A DNA stretch of 59,540 bases, filler included, from Sphacelaria rigidula (GCA_964200075.2; 10 parts of 10 records of this genome joined end to end with filler, not necessarily neighbours in it); one strand, 5' to 3'. Counted from the whole stretch's first letter, positions 38,440 to 52,540 are shown. Made by a program: numbers and translations. The notes: generated by a model not told the origin, from the letters alone.

Positions 38440-39241
38440 AGGGAGGGGGGAACCAGGACCAAGGTGCCCGGAACAGAACTGGCTGAAGTGTCTGAGGGAC
38501 GATCTCCAAGCTTTCGGAGCCACAGATAGTTAGCTCTACGGACGACAACCGTCAGGCGCTCGGAGTTGACCCCGTCCTTTGGCCATCAGCAGCGAATAAG
38601 GAGAAGGGGGTGCCGTGGCACGCGGGAGTGCTGCAAGGAGCGGAGAGGTTCATGACCTCATGGCAAAAAAACGAGGAAGGAGGCCAGCCGACTGCGTGCG
38701 ATTGGACGTGACACCAACGAAGCCAACGCAGCAATGACGGCGGTCCAGAGAAGGGGGGGTGGGGGGTGAACTTTCCCGATGAGGGGTGTCGTTATGTCAT
38801 GCGGTGCTTGTCTTGATAGGCCTGGTATGCTTGTACGTACGGCTATTTCTCGGGAGGTCGAAGGATAGAACCTTGTGATTCTCAGTTATTTGATGGGTGG
38901 TCTTCGGGCCTTGAGTTTGGCCCGTAGTCTGACCCCATGTATATTTCTACTTAGCCTCGCGCGCCGATTTGGAAAGTCGGGCGCCGTCCCCTGAAGTCCG
39001 AATGGCCACCTGCGGCACCGGATCTTTTGAGGTTTGCCATATTTATTTTCTTCTTCTTTATAATGTATTCCTGTTTTGCTTGTGTTGCATCTGTGGGCTT
39101 TTTCTCCTGGGTCTATGTTTGTTTTTTTGTTTGATTTCCTCATACCTTTTTGTAGGTAGCTAGGCTGTGAACACGGAAGGCGTCCGCATCAGATGCCCAG
39201 TACGGATGTTGTCGTCGTCGTCGTCGACGTTGTTGTTGTTG
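38440..39241 (+). mobile_element. RTE-like LINE 3' fragment with 3' UTR and (GTT/GTC)n tail
   Basis: WLKCLRDDLQAFGAT...W..GVLQGAERFM..W remnant, then a UTR ending CAGATGCCCAGTAC and a microsatellite tail. Confidence 0.65.
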
Positions 39242-39282
39242 TCTTCACATTAAAAACCGTTCCGATATCTGCAGAGTATTCT

Positions 39283-39630
39283 GTACTGGGCATCTGATGC
39301 GGATGACTTCCGTGGTCATCGGCTAACTACCCCAAGCTAGGGTAAAAGAAAAATAATAGAATACATTGGACTCAGAAATAACTCACAGAGACGCGATACA
39401 AAATAAATAAAAGAAATGAAATAAAAATACTAGAAAAAAAATGTGGAAAGAAAAAGGACCACTGCTAGCCCTGTAAGGTTCGATGTCATATGCGACCATT
39501 CGCACTACTGGAGGCAGGACCCATTGGCCCACTTAACACGCGAGGCCAAACAGGAAGAGAGCCAAACTCGACAGCCACGATCACCAACCGAAGCGATACG
39601 AGTCGCAGGGTTCTAACCTTGTACATCTAG
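39283..39630 (-). mobile_element. Second related LINE 3' UTR, tail-to-tail with the previous copy
   Basis: 39283-39331 is the reverse complement of 39155-39207; another copy of this end starts contig 5 (23859). Confidence 0.65.
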
Positions 39631-40517
39631 AGGGACAGCTATGCGTACGAATATACCATTGTAGACATAACAGGAAGAGCACCACATAACAATATACACC
39701 ACCACCCCGTCAGCAGTCGGTAGAAGAGTATTACAAGGAGACCTGATGGGAGTCCTGCCATTTCCACTATTTTCAGTTCGGTACAATCTGGTCACGCATT
39801 CTTCCATTTCCGCCTTCCTCTCCTCAAATCTCCCGTTTGTCGGCTGGCCTCTTCCTCGATCTTGTACCGCGCAAATATCGGAAGGGTTTTTAACGTGAAG
39901 ACGGCAACAACAATGCTATACCAAAAATCGTGCTACCACATGCAGGCTTTCTTGCGACCGAACTGACAACGTGTGTATATCACTGCGTTTACTTGATTAC
40001 ACCGAATGTTACGCTGCTAGGACATTTCGAGGTTACTCACGTTTGACACCCTCCTTGCGTCCTGGTGCAGCTGACAGGTTCACACCGAGCTACCAGCACC
40101 GATCACTATTGGTCTGCCTGGCTGAGAAGTAGACGCCCCCGTAATACTCGCGACCGAGAGCGATTTTTTCCTTCGGGTACCCTCTGTTCCTTGCCCTCCC
40201 TACTGTGCCATGCACGCAGTAGCTCGAGCTAAGCACCTGAGCAGGGTGTACGTCCCTGAGCAACACAAACAGTCGGCGGATTTAATGCCGTTTAACGAAG
40301 ATGCACCGCAGGCTGGCTGCGGCGTAATTATCCCAGTGGTCATATGACATATGACTCATATGCTCACCCACGCCACACCCAACACCGAACCACTCCAGAT
40401 AAACTAGAGAAAAATTGGATTATTTCGTGTTCTTCCCTACTTATCCCCATGACATAAAGTGAGGGCTTGCTCACATTTCTATATGCCACTCCCATCACTG
40501 GAAGGTGGTCTAGGTCA

Positions 40518-40767
40518 GACACTTTCTACGATAGCCCCCCCCCAAAACCAGCCAAAAGGTGTCACGAAAAAAATGGCCATACGGCGCCTGATGTTTGGGT
40601 TCAGGCTGCATGGGGCGCCTCATATTGGCAACATTGGCGAGAACGTACCCACGCGTGGGAATTCCCAGCTGCTCGTTGTGCTCGGCCTTTCCCACTTCGA
40701 CTTACGTGAAGATTTTGCCTCCCAAAACCATGCACTTTTGGGGGGGGGGGCTATCGTAAAAAGTGTC
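40518..40767. mobile_element. MITE with ~30-bp TIRs and a 4-bp TSD (GTCA)
   Basis: GACACTTTCTACGATAGC-polyC-AAAA / TTTT-polyG-CTATCGTAAAAAGTGTC; GTCA on both flanks. Confidence 0.85.
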
Positions 40768-41102
40768 GTCACTAGCATAGCAGTCTTCGCGACCTGCAGC
40801 TTGTCTAATTAATATACTCGTACCGACTGCCGCGCGCTTGTTCGTCGACCTGGCCCGCTACAATTCAGGGGCACACTGCCTTGGCCGACTTGCGGGCACC
40901 ATTATAGTAGATTCGCGCCACTTTTTGCTCTCGGCGTAGCTTCGAGTTTCGCTAGCAAGGCACCTACAACTTTCTTGGGCACACACTGCCCGGGAGGCCG
41001 ACGTTGGGCAGTGTGTGCGTGTGTGTGTGCGTGCGCGCGCGTCGTCATCCCTATATTCTGGACGCCAGTCTATACCATTCGGCATATTATATGTGGGCAT
41101 AT

Positions 41103-41345
41103 TATACGTGGGCGCATCATCAGCCGGGGTCACACAGGAGGGACGTCTCAACAATCGAACATTTTTTGTCTTCTTGTTATAGTTATCTACCTTCCCTCCG
41201 TGGTGTTTGCCTTAATTTTTATTGCGAGAGGGGTTCAGCGATCCCTCGTCGACCGTGAAGTCGAATTTTGTGTAGTACCCACGACAAAAAATGTGATTCT
41301 CTACTGTCGGGTATGGTGTGAGAAAATATCCCAGATTTGACTCCG
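41103..41345 (-). mobile_element. tRNA-derived SINE, body only (same family as 8700-9004)
   Basis: Shared GACTTCACGGTCGACGAGGGA...GCTGAACCCCTCTCGC...CCTGTGTGACCCCGGC. Confidence 0.8.
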
Positions 41346-41882
41346 AAATTATCTTCCCCCCTGTTCCAGAGAACCCAAAGACCAGGATATGAACATCCCC
41401 AAACTCCACTCCTCCACCCCACACAATTACGTTCTCCTTGTCTCAACTCCCTCCCCCCCCCCAACAATAATAAAAAACACACACCCCACCCTACCTATTT
41501 GAATACTTTCTTCCTCCTGCCTTTCCCCTCTCAATTTTGAAACATCACACGTCCAACCCCACCCCACACACAACTTGAAACAGCGGATCATCTATGTTGA
41601 GGATGGAGATTTTCATTGAGGATGAGAACCCGGAGGATTAAAATCTTCGTNNNNNNNNNNNNNNNNNNNNNNNNNNNNNNNNNNNNNNNNNNNNTTAATT
41701 AATTAANNNNNNNNNNNNNNNNNNNNNNNNNNNNNNNNNNNNNNNNNNNNGTGCAAGAGAGATATGCCACTTCAACTCCATATTTTGTATGGACCCCAAA
41801 ATTCAAACTCGGCTGTCAATAGAGAAATGTGACTTAAGGCCCATTTTAGTGTTGAACCCCAAAATTCAAAATCGGCTGTTAT

Positions 41883-42972
41883 ACCTTGGACCTGCTTGGA
41901 CTAACGACGACACAAAAACATTGATTTAGGGAACGTGCAGATCTGGGTTTTAAATTTCGAACTTGAATACAGCCCGTCGATCGGCGCAAGGAACCGAAGG
42001 ATTATGCGGAGACTGGGAGTTTTACCGTTTTTTGTTGCACGCACGCATCGCCTTTCATCGAATACTGGACGAATTTCCGTCAAACAAAGGCTGTCGTGTG
42101 TGGATGATGAGGTATTGCTTGAACAATGCGCGTGGGTGGTGGGTGTCTGTGCGTGTTTTTTCAGGACTGGGTGTGCAGGTGTTGTGCTCCGCTGTTGCAT
42201 CTTATCGGCATCATTACACAGACCTTGGACCTGCTTGGACTAACGGCCACTTCCTCACCCGCCGCATTCCTCAACCTGCGTGCAGATCTATCTATCTGGG
42301 TTACAACTTCTTGCATTTGAATAGTTGAATACAGTCCGTCTTCAGGTTTCGAGCGGTGAATGAAATCAGCCGAAGAGCTAAAACATGTGACATGTTTCGT
42401 CTCATTGTCTCATTGTACTGCAGCACAAACACACTCCGCTCTCATGTGCCGTAGCTTTCACTGTTCTGGGGTGTGTTTAGACCTGACGAAGACGGTTTGG
42501 TCTCCGCTGAGATTGCTTGATTGCTGTATTGTTGATTTCGTCTCTCTGAAACCAAGTTGTTACATCAAGGATCAATCAGGACGCTGTGATTTTGCAACAA
42601 GAGAAGCTGATGCATACTGTATACAGTCCACCTTCAGGTTTTAAAACTAGATTTATGCGGAGACTGGGAGTTTTTCCGTTTTTTGTTACACGCACGCGTC
42701 GCCTTTCATCGAATACTGGGCGGATTTCCGTCAAACAAAGGCTGTCGTGTGTGGATGTCTGTGCGTGTCTTTTCAGGGCTGGGTGTGAAGGTGTTGTGCT
42801 CCGTTGTTGCATCTTGGTCGGTCTCCGATGAGATTGCTTGATGTGCTGTATTGTTGTGTTCGTCTCTTTGTAACGAAGCTGTAACATAAAGCATCAATCA
42901 GGACGCAGTGATTTTGCAACGAGAGAAGCTGATGCATACTGTACACAGTCCATCTTCAGGTTCTAAAACTAG
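41883..42972 (+). repeat. Degenerate local tandem duplications
   Basis: About 42000-42205 repeats at 42652-42815; about 42510-42650 repeats at 42820-42972; ACCTTGGACCTGCTTGGACTAACG occurs twice. Confidence 0.75.
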
Positions 42973-44889
42973 AAAACACTGCAGAACTACCGTGTTGTCT
43001 TGTGTTGAGGGTAGTATTCTGTTCTCCATACACCACTGCAAAAGTATGTTGTTTTGAGTGTACTACCCTGTTCTCCATATAATGGCGTCATGGTTTGAGC
43101 AGTTTTTCAAGAAGTTCTGCTCACTTGTTTCAAGTATTCCGAAAAAAACGAGAGTGTTTTCTGTCACAGAAATTTAATACTGAATCTGGAATGGCCTGAG
43201 ACAACAACCAATTTGAAAATTGGAATATATGGTCAATAGACGCAATAGACGAGAAGTTTACTGCATAAAGTATAGGCCTACTGCAACTATTGCCGGCCGA
43301 CAAAAGTCGCAATAGGCCTATACTTTATGCAGTACGTTTTTTGTCTATTGCAACTCTTGACCATACATTGCCCAAGGTGTGACATTCCGGAGCACGTCCA
43401 TTTCCCTACAGAGTACCTTAGAAGGCATAAGTTAGACCGTACAGAAACCCTTAAAAGATTGGTCATGTAAAATGCTTTCGGAGGGGGGGGGGGGTAGGAT
43501 TTCGCACAACCCCAACACCATGAAAAGTAAGAAGCAGACACATTTGGTGAGTGCACTCATGTTCAGCATGCACCTTCACGGCGCAAGGACGACTACTTCA
43601 GGAGCGGTAACCCTCTTCAAAGTTCGCGGAAACGCAAAGCAACCGTGTCCTGCTCGTTTTTGACAGGTCTTCATTAACCGTGTAAGCGTACTCAGCAACC
43701 ACGAGGCGTTTGTGGCTATCAAGAAGGGACGCGACGGCTTCGCCGAACGTTTGCTCAAAGCATATCTCTTGTCATGGAGAAGGACGCGTGTTTTCGTCTT
43801 TGTTTGATGGAAATATGCAACTAGCTGCTTGCGGCATTGGGGGGTGGGCGCACCCTAACTTTGCAAGCAGCAGAAAAACCCACGATGACGTTCGTCGCGT
43901 GGGGCGTTTTAGGGACGACCGCTCGCGGCCCCAGAGAAATTGTGTGGAGTTTTACATGAATGTAGTTATGCACTGTTTCGGTTGTTCGACAGAAGACGGA
44001 ATGTCCCGAACACGAAGAACATACACACACAAAAAAGACGTGGACGGAATGAGAGGACACTGAACACGCACTGAATGATAGTGTACTGCTGTCGTACCCA
44101 CGGAACTGACAGCATGACCGCAGGTGACCCGTCACTTGTCAACTGCTGTTTCCCATCTGCCAGAATCACAATATTTCTACGAAACAGAACGTTTTCGCTG
44201 AGAAAGGTGCGAGCACTGCGCTCTCTATCATGACACCTACTCCAAAGTCACGAAAACCACACGTACCACGTACCTACCGGAGAACGCCCACGACCGCGTT
44301 TGCTACACGTACCAAAATACCAGGTATATATATATATAATATATATAATAAATATATATACGATAGTTTTATGATACGCACGGCTGCACTGTCTTTTCCA
44401 GGCGGAAGCGTACCCGATCCGTCACGCACTCCAACGTTACTCATGAATGACCCAAAAACGGTGGGAAAAAAAAAAAAACGCATTAGCTAATTCCGATGTT
44501 TCAAAATCGTCACCAAGATACGTACCATCATCAGAAACCAACTAGTCAAAACTCATGCGGTTATACTTGACATTCATGTTATTCGTACTTCTATTCTCAC
44601 ATTAGTCTGATTGATTCCTCGGACCCGTTGTCGGCGGCCCTATATAAGGTACCTCTGAACAGGGTCTTTCACCACATATCACCACCTGCACCTCCAGGGC
44701 ACACGTGAACTCAACGCAGGCGCCCACTGTTTCAACACATGAAAGGTGTCGCCGTTTGGACTATTCTTCTTCACCGTGACAAAACACCGTCACTACAGAG
44801 TGGCAAATCAACGTAGTGGCACCAATAACTCAACCCTTGCCAGAATAGACCTCGAAATACACCAAAACCGCGCGGAACACAAAAACAAG

Positions 44890-44935
<46 letters not shown>

Positions 44936-46699
44936 AACACACACCTGCATCAACTCTGCAAGAGAGCGTAGAAAAACCTCTGCCAAGATGCAAGCGGACA
45001 AAACTGAAACGAGCTTGATCTTGAAAAGGTGGTCAAAGCGACAATCTTGCCATTTCCAACCGCTGGTCGACACAGAGCCGTACACGTGACACCAGAACAT
45101 TAAATTCAAATTCCGCTAGAAAAGCTCGTATGGCTCGTGTTTTCATTCATCTAGGGTCGCGGGGAGGGCGAAAGGAAGCACACGAAATTCCAAGAAAGTA
45201 AATCTTGCCCGTCCCAAGAGAAGGATCGGCCCCGTACCTGCCCCCCCCCACGCACACACATCAATAACGAGCAAGAAGCTCCTCCCCTCAACGTGCGATC
45301 GGCGAAACATTCTCGCGGGCACGGCTGTGCGGCAAGGACCGACTACCAACAAGGGGCAGAACGAATAACACGCACGTACGCAAGACAACACACACCAAAG
45401 GACCGAAAGCCCGGCAAAACAGACCTTTTCGTCTCGCTTTCCATTCCTTAGAGCTTACACACAACATAGATTTTCTCCCTTTCCCGGCAAGCCGAAGAGC
45501 AGGTACTGTCATCTCGGAGTTGTGGATTTTTCGCCACAACCTCGAGTGTATAAAAAACACGCATCGGTCGAAAGGAGTAATCCAACGGATCAGGGCATAC
45601 ACCAAGATGCACCGAGCGCCACAACACACGTACAGGATCCATTTTTCTTTCGTGTTCATGTTGAACAACTGAAATAGGGCAAAAAATAGAGAGTAATATC
45701 AATATTTGCTCCGAGGCAAGCGGCAAATCAGCCACACCTTATCTACCCCTCGTCACACACACTTACTGACCGTTTTTTTATTCGCCTCTAAAAGTCTCCC
45801 ATCACCAAGAGTCAGACACGGCCAGTACTTTGCTGGGAAACTACCGCAGATGACCTAGCACGACAAACACTTCTTGATGGCCAGATCCCGGCAGAAAATG
45901 ACACAACGTCAAATGCCAAAACAAAACAAACCATCACCGACATCACAAATAAAGCAGCTACAAACGCATCATTTGATTTGACGCTGTATCGACTCGGACT
46001 CCTCAGAACATGAAAGCCGCTGCCCAGCTCCTACCCCGTAGATGTTCTTTCTTACGGCGAGCGGCAGTATCCGACACACAAAATCATTCCTGTTGTAGCA
46101 AGCAATCGTTAAATGACCACCCAAGTCACACGGCACTTTACAATACTGATTCCTCTTCCGAGTTAGGCCGATAAAAAAAACACGTCATGTAACTGCCCCC
46201 CCCCCCCGGCGCGCTCTTCCTCCGAGAGAGAGATCGCCTATTTACGATAAACGTTGCGGATACCCCATCGCTGTTGCCCGTGGCCCGCTGACGCCCGCCA
46301 GTCCGTAGTTTTTCAACCTTTTATACAAATTCTGAGTGCTCATCTTTTCCCCATGGTTTGTCGCTCTGTTGATGAGCATCTCCGCTGACGATAAAGGAAC
46401 AAAGTGTCGGCAAAAAGGGGGGGCGAGGGGGGAAGATGAGGAGTGAGGGTCTTCATGTTTGTCACCATCTGGCCTTATGACAAGATGTTTGGATCCTGGT
46501 GGATTTTTATTACTCGCATACATACTTCTCATCTTGTAGTAGAGGAGGGAATGGGGGGGGGGGGGGGGGAGGAAAACACACAAGAAGAAAAGGAGGCAGG
46601 GGAGAAATCAATTGGACAAAAAAAAAGCCTCNNNNNNNNNNGTTGCTGGTCTGGTGTGTTCTGTTGTGTCCTTCATTTCAGCGGAGAGGGGGGCGGGGG

Positions 46700-46742
<43 letters not shown>

Positions 46743-49535
46743 AACCCACTTGAAGGCAATGAGTCACGCGGCCAATCCATTTCAGTCTAGACAAGCCCTA
46801 GCTTGCTGCCTTGGGGTCCACCTCTTTCCTCTGCACATGCATCGAGGTGGATAAAGCAAGGAGTAAACGGAGTGAAGCAAACGGAACACATGAAACATCT
46901 CGACGTCTTCCGTAACCCTGCCGGTGCATGAACACTGCCGTGGTCAATGTATCCTGTCGAAACCTTGGCACGACAGCGGTACACTGTTACATCTATGTGC
47001 CCCTTTGGTAAGACGTCCAACTGCAAGACGGTAATCTCTGGTCGTCCAATCTTCGACCACTTTAACCCATAAGCGTTGGACGGGATTCCTGCTATAGGAA
47101 CGGTCGTGGTCAGTTCGGAACAGTTTTGACAAGAACAAAGTGAGCTGTACATGCGGCGCAGGCGCCTATTTTGTTCAATCTTGGGCTGCCTGGTGAGTGC
47201 AGTCTGCGCGACCACAAGAGAGACGATCGGATCTAGCGCACTGCTGGTACTACAATACCAGAGCATTAAGCAAGTTCGATGGCAACGTTTGGCAGACTGA
47301 TGATAAAGCTCGATTTTATTGTTACGTACTCGCTTTTTGGTTACGTCGTAGTTTTCTCCCTCTTTTTTTTTTTCAGCGAGTTTTTTTCAGTTCTGTTTTG
47401 TCCTGTGTACGTCTATCATGCGACCACCGTTGAATCCCTGGGGGCTCAGTAGAGAGAAAAAAATTGTCAGCCTCGGGAGAGTTGTGGATCAAGCAGCTGC
47501 TAAGATCGCCATATCTCAAAAAGGGAGGGGGGGGGGGGGGGGGGGGGGGGGGATCCGAGAACGGGGGGTGGGGCGGGGGAGGAGGGCGCGCGCCGCCCCC
47601 ACACAGCGGGGGGGNNNNNNNNNNNNNNNNNNNNNNNNNNNNNNNNNNNNNNNNNNNNTTAATTAATTAANNNNNNNNNNNNNNNNNNNNNNNNNNNNNN
47701 NNNNNNNNNNNNNNCATCTACTCTCCATCTCACGAAAACACTGTTTATTGCGACTATTACAGCAGACAAAATATTCCATACTGTACGCAGTACTTTTTTT
47801 ACAATAGAAGATATCGCCATTATCCAGTGTGTGGGAAATAATCCAGTCGTGGCCACAAGGTAGAGATAGCCAAGGTGAATAATGGGCGAACCTCGCTTAA
47901 GGAAACTCGTAGGAAGGGGGGGGAAAAAGGAGAACGAGGACAGAAGAGAGCAAACTGCGAACTAAAAATAAGAAAACGTAAGGCCAACCCGCACAACTAC
48001 AGCCCGGCAGGAAAAAAAAATACAGTAGTGGGCGGTCTAACTAATCATTTTGTGGCATTTTTTTATTTTTTCGTAATTGGCGATTCTCTTGGGCTTTTTA
48101 CGCTTGCCACCCCTTATCACATCGGGGATCTGAAGAAATTGGCATCCGCTCCACATTCCAAGAAGAAAAAATCAAGTGTACACAATATTGAGTGACTTAC
48201 GGGCTGACCGGTCATCGGGGGTCCTTCCACGTTTCAGCCCAGGTTCTTACACTTCTGTATTTTCGGTCGATCGAGCCCGCCCTGATCATATTTCTAAAGA
48301 AGTGTACAGTTTTATTTTTTTGAAATTCTGCCTACTCAGTGCACTAAGGCCGAAAAACTGTGTTTCACGGTCAATAGCACCCTCCTGATAAACGGGCTAC
48401 TTACTCGTTTCGCCCGGTGACACCAACTAACACTGACTTGGGCACTGTGTTTCGAAGATGATCTGTTTCTTTGTACCAAAATCTACCGATGCTAGCAATT
48501 TGAAGTTCTATCGAAGAGTAGTACGCGAGGAAAACCCCAAAACACCCCTATATAGTTAGACCGCCCACTACTGTAGAAGCAAAACGAGAGGCCTCTGCCG
48601 TACGGCTTCAGGTAGCGAGACCGTATATACAACGTCGTGAAAGCATGTGGCGGTTCAGATGTCTACGGACTACACGACCCAAGATATCTGGATACCACGC
48701 GACTCAAGATATCTGCAAGACCACACACTGGGGCAGGAATTCTCACTTACGAGCCCTGCGGGAGCGAGGCACTCGACACCAACATATGTCTGTTCTGTTT
48801 GAAGCGACTTAGTCTGTGAGTTGGAAAACGAGTGAGCTGTGGACAGAGTTTAACTTCAAAGCCAACACTATATTCGGAGACTGGGTAAGCTGCACTTGAC
48901 AGACGACGCCAGCGGTAGATACTTACAAGCTTTTCATGAGATGGCTTGGTGTCGCTCTCTTGTGTTGCTACAGTAGAAGTCATCTCCCGGCCTACTGTCA
49001 ACCCCCACACGACTCCAACCGAGGGGGGAAGGCAATTCCTCACTTGAGAAATAAATAAAAGCAAAATATCACCTACCCGCGCGGCCCCCACGACTTGACG
49101 CATCGAAATACACACGTCCAACCCCACCTGAAGGTCATGGTCTATTGCATATTAAAGGATATACTTTTCCGACCACGCATAAAAGTGCTCGCGACTCAGA
49201 GTCGGGCCCTTCAAAAAGCACGTGGGTTTCCCGACATTCCGTGTAAAAACGTATCTCAACTTTTCCCACCAAACGTGTGCCCATGCCCCGTCCTGTTCAG
49301 CCTTCAGCAAGGTAAACAAGCTGAAGAAAGCTATGCAGATCAATCAAACACTATTTAGTGCCGTGCCAAAGCCTCAACGGCTCTCGAAACATCACAATCC
49401 GTTTCAACAGGGCCAACTAAAGCCTTTTAGGCACACACGTGTCCACACGAATAATCGACTCCAACCGCCGTGAATGTCTCCCCACCCGTACACCCCTGCC
49501 CCTATCCATTCCCCGTCCACCCGAGAACAACCGGG

Positions 49536-50225
49536 TCAGCTCAGTGGCAAAGTCGGGGGTAGCGCCTGCCCCCCCTGCCCCCTGACGGCCATCATTAAGT
49601 CAGTGGCCTTCTTTTTGACTGCCGCGGCGCGCAAGTTCCCATCGACCCTCTGCAGAGCCGCAAGCCCGGCAAATGCCACCGCCTCCTTCAGCTCCAAGCT
49701 CTCTTTCCAGGCAGACGTCGCGAGCACCAGTCCTCCGACAAACGAATCGCCGGCTCCGTTAGCATTGATGCTGCTCCCCTCCCCGGAAGCATACGCCGCG
49801 GCGCGTAACTCTTGACCCACCCACGCCCCCGCCTGCCTGCGCAGAGACCCCACGGCGTTCACCCGCGATTTATCGCTCGTGACGGCCGTGTAGGACCCCT
49901 GCCCACCCAGCGTAATCGTCACGATAGCTACGCCTTTCTCCAAAAACCACTGCGCCAGCGCGCGTAGGCGTTTTTCGGTAGGGGCTGCCGCGTCTCCGTC
50001 CCCGCCCGCTGCCGCGGTCGGCTGCGGTGGGCCGACGATCGCTTCTGCTTCCTCGAGGTTAGCGTGTAGGATGTCGACGTGCTTTAGGGCGGGGCCTAAT
50101 ATGATGGAGTGGCGGGCGGCGGCATCCGCCCCCGGAGACACACCGTTGAGATCCAGGCTTACGAGCGGAGCGTTCGGGAGATCTCGCACAGACTGTAGAA
50201 CGTCCGCAAGGGCTTGTCCTTGAAT
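49536..50225 (-). CDS. PfkB kinase, terminal exon
   Basis: VSLDLN...VDILHANLEEA...VTITLGGQGS...NANGAGDSFVGG (signature 2 with catalytic Asp); TGA stop at 49536. Confidence 0.92.
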   Translation of the reverse strand: MQGQALADVLQSVRDLPNAPLVSLDLNGVSPGADAAARHSIILGPALKHVDILHANLEEAEAIVGPPQPTAAAGGDGDAAAPTEKRLRALAQWFLEKGVAIVTITLGGQGSYTAVTSDKSRVNAVGSLRRQAGAWVGQELRAAAYASGEGSSINANGAGDSFVGGLVLATSAWKESLELKEAVAFAGLAALQRVDGNLRAAAVKKKATDLMMAVRGQGGQALPPTLPLS

Positions 50226-50954
50226 CTGTTAGTTGGGGGCACCGTGAGCCCGGAGAGCAGAGCAGAGCCGAGGAGCAACATGGCGCGGTAGTAGAATGGG
50301 ATATTAAAGCAGAAGGAAACGCGAACATATGGTACGGATACAAGAGCGGCACCGTCGCTTCCCGGTGGTCTGCCTATGTGACACACCAAAAGCCGAGTAT
50401 CAGGGTATGAGGGGAGGGATGTGGGTTCAAATGGCGATAGATGGAACGCACTTTTCAGCAGAATCTATCTGCTTTCCGCCTTTGAAAGCGGGGGGACGTG
50501 AGTAGCAAAGAAGGGTCGACGAGAATGGATGGGGTGCAGCAGTGCTGGTAGTGGTTATCCAATCCTTGCCAACAGAATACCAAGCGGGTACCGGGGAATA
50601 GCGAGAGAGATCGATGGATCCCCTGAAACTACGAACGCGTCCCGAGGAAAGGGAGGTACTCAGAGTATGACGGAAAAGAACACACACACACACTGACACA
50701 CCCAACACACAAAGAATCAGCCACGGGAGCAGAGGAACCACGAAATCATCACACAACCTTGCACAATAGAGTCCCGGGCCGCGCCACTGCACCCAATCCA
50801 TTGACCGGCCAACCCGAAGAAAAGCCGAGCGAAGCTAAACCCAAGCCCCTCACTTCATGCCCCGTCTCGAAAGGAATGCGTGGTCAATGTTCGAGCGACT
50901 AAGGCAAAAAAACGATAAGTACCCCACCCCCCACTTAATTCAACGCGATGGTAC

Positions 50955-51191
50955 CTGCTTCGTGAAGTGGGGGTATCCGTAATGCACGGCAGCCACCGGA
51001 GGTCGCCCAGCCTCAGTCTGTGCGATTTTGTTGAGCGCTTCGAGGATTTCTTCAGCCTGCAGGTGATCGTTTGCGGCTAGGTTGACGAAACACCCTCGCG
51101 CGCCTGACGAAAAAATGGGCAACACGGCCATTGCTGTTTGAACGCTGGAGTCCCTTATTACGTGCGAGCAGTCCACGCCGACAGACGTCAT
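50955..51191 (-). CDS. PfkB kinase, middle exon
   Basis: GVDCSHV...TAMAVLPIFSSGARG...AAN..L...VHYGY; CAG acceptor, GTACCA donor, phase 0. Confidence 0.9.
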
Positions 51192-52285
51192 CTGGGGAAG
51201 GGTGGTAGGTAGGGGGAAGTGGACTCGTCGACAACCGTTGGAAAAAAAGTGCTCCAAACAAGCGATAGAGTTACCATAGTCTATTCTTCAATGGGCAGTT
51301 TTGATAGCTCTGCTTGGTAGGTTCCTCCGCCTGATCACCACCATCCCATTCCTGCGTGTGCATCGAACCCCGCTTCCACTGAACATGTCTTCTGTACGGT
51401 GAGTACACTGCGACATTTCGTGTTTTTTTGGATAATTTTTTAAACTGCTGTGACACGCTGAAACGCGCAGACGCTTCGGTATTCCAACGCTTTGCCTACC
51501 TCATCATCCATATTACCCTCAGGTGCTCATCAAATCCCACCATGACAATATGTATTTTTTGCGTCGTACGTATATTGCCCATGTTGACCTCGCTTTTTGA
51601 ATGTCAACCTTCCTTTTTGTTCAGGTCTTACTCGTTCGGATGGCTCACGACCCGAGGTTCGAGGTTTCCATGGTTTCCCTGTCTTCCCACACGGTGGGCA
51701 CAGCAACCAGCACCTCCACTCGCTTGTCAACGTTGGAAATCACAGAGGTACAGAGTGATGCTATGATAGCCTCCCCTCCAAGCCAACGCAAAACTGCCAC
51801 GAAAACAGTCATACGGCGCATGATAGCTGGGTCCAGACTGCAGGAAACGCCTCACTGGATGGCATTGGCGAAAACGATCCTAACCGTGGGAGTTTCTAGC
51901 TGCTCGGTGTGCTCGGCTTTTGTCGTTCGTGATTCGCATTAAAAAAAAAAATCTCCTTAAAATCAGCCACGTTTCTGGGGGGGGGGGTGCTATCTACAGT
52001 AGTGTACTCGTCCCGCTCTCGCAGGGGAATGAACTCTTGCAGCATGCTGTCATGTTTCCTCCCCAAAAATGGAGAAAACAACAAAAAAAGGCAAAGTGAG
52101 TCCATGTATCGAACCCTTGACCTCAGCAACGGGTATTCTTTGTTCCACCCATCTCAAAAACAGATGGCGGGGCGCACGGCCGGCTGATCATACCACAGTA
52201 TTGTCCACTACACTGCTCCTTCTGGCGCATAGTATTAGACCATACTCGTACAGGTCTACATATCTTGTGTGTGTTCAACACTCGC

Positions 52286-52540
52286 CTGTCTGATCATCTC
52301 ATCCCCGTGAGCATCATACCCCATCTTGGTGACGGCCGACACGCCGGGGACGCCCAGCTCCGCAAGGGCCGTGGATGTCTGAGGGCAAGACCCGCCGGGA
52401 CAGTACTTCGTTTCCTCGAATTCTCGAATCGTTTCGACCCCTCCCTCTCCCTCCCCGGAGCCGCACAGCTGCAGGTCGAGACAGCTGATGCCCGCGCATA
52501 CCACTCTTCCCGTCAGCATTTCCGCTACACCTTGCGCTCC
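52286..52540 (-). CDS. PfkB/ribokinase-family kinase, N-terminal exon of the kinase domain
   Basis: VVCAGISCLDL...PGGSCPQTSTALAELG...KMGYDAHGD (PfkB signature 1 region); phase 0; GCGAGT (GC) donor. Confidence 0.9.

Noticed and set aside
46295..46385. Possible exon ending KRLKNYGLAG (membrane/plastid protein-like) on the minus strand
   Set aside because: Weak donor and no downstream exon found; too little evidence to call
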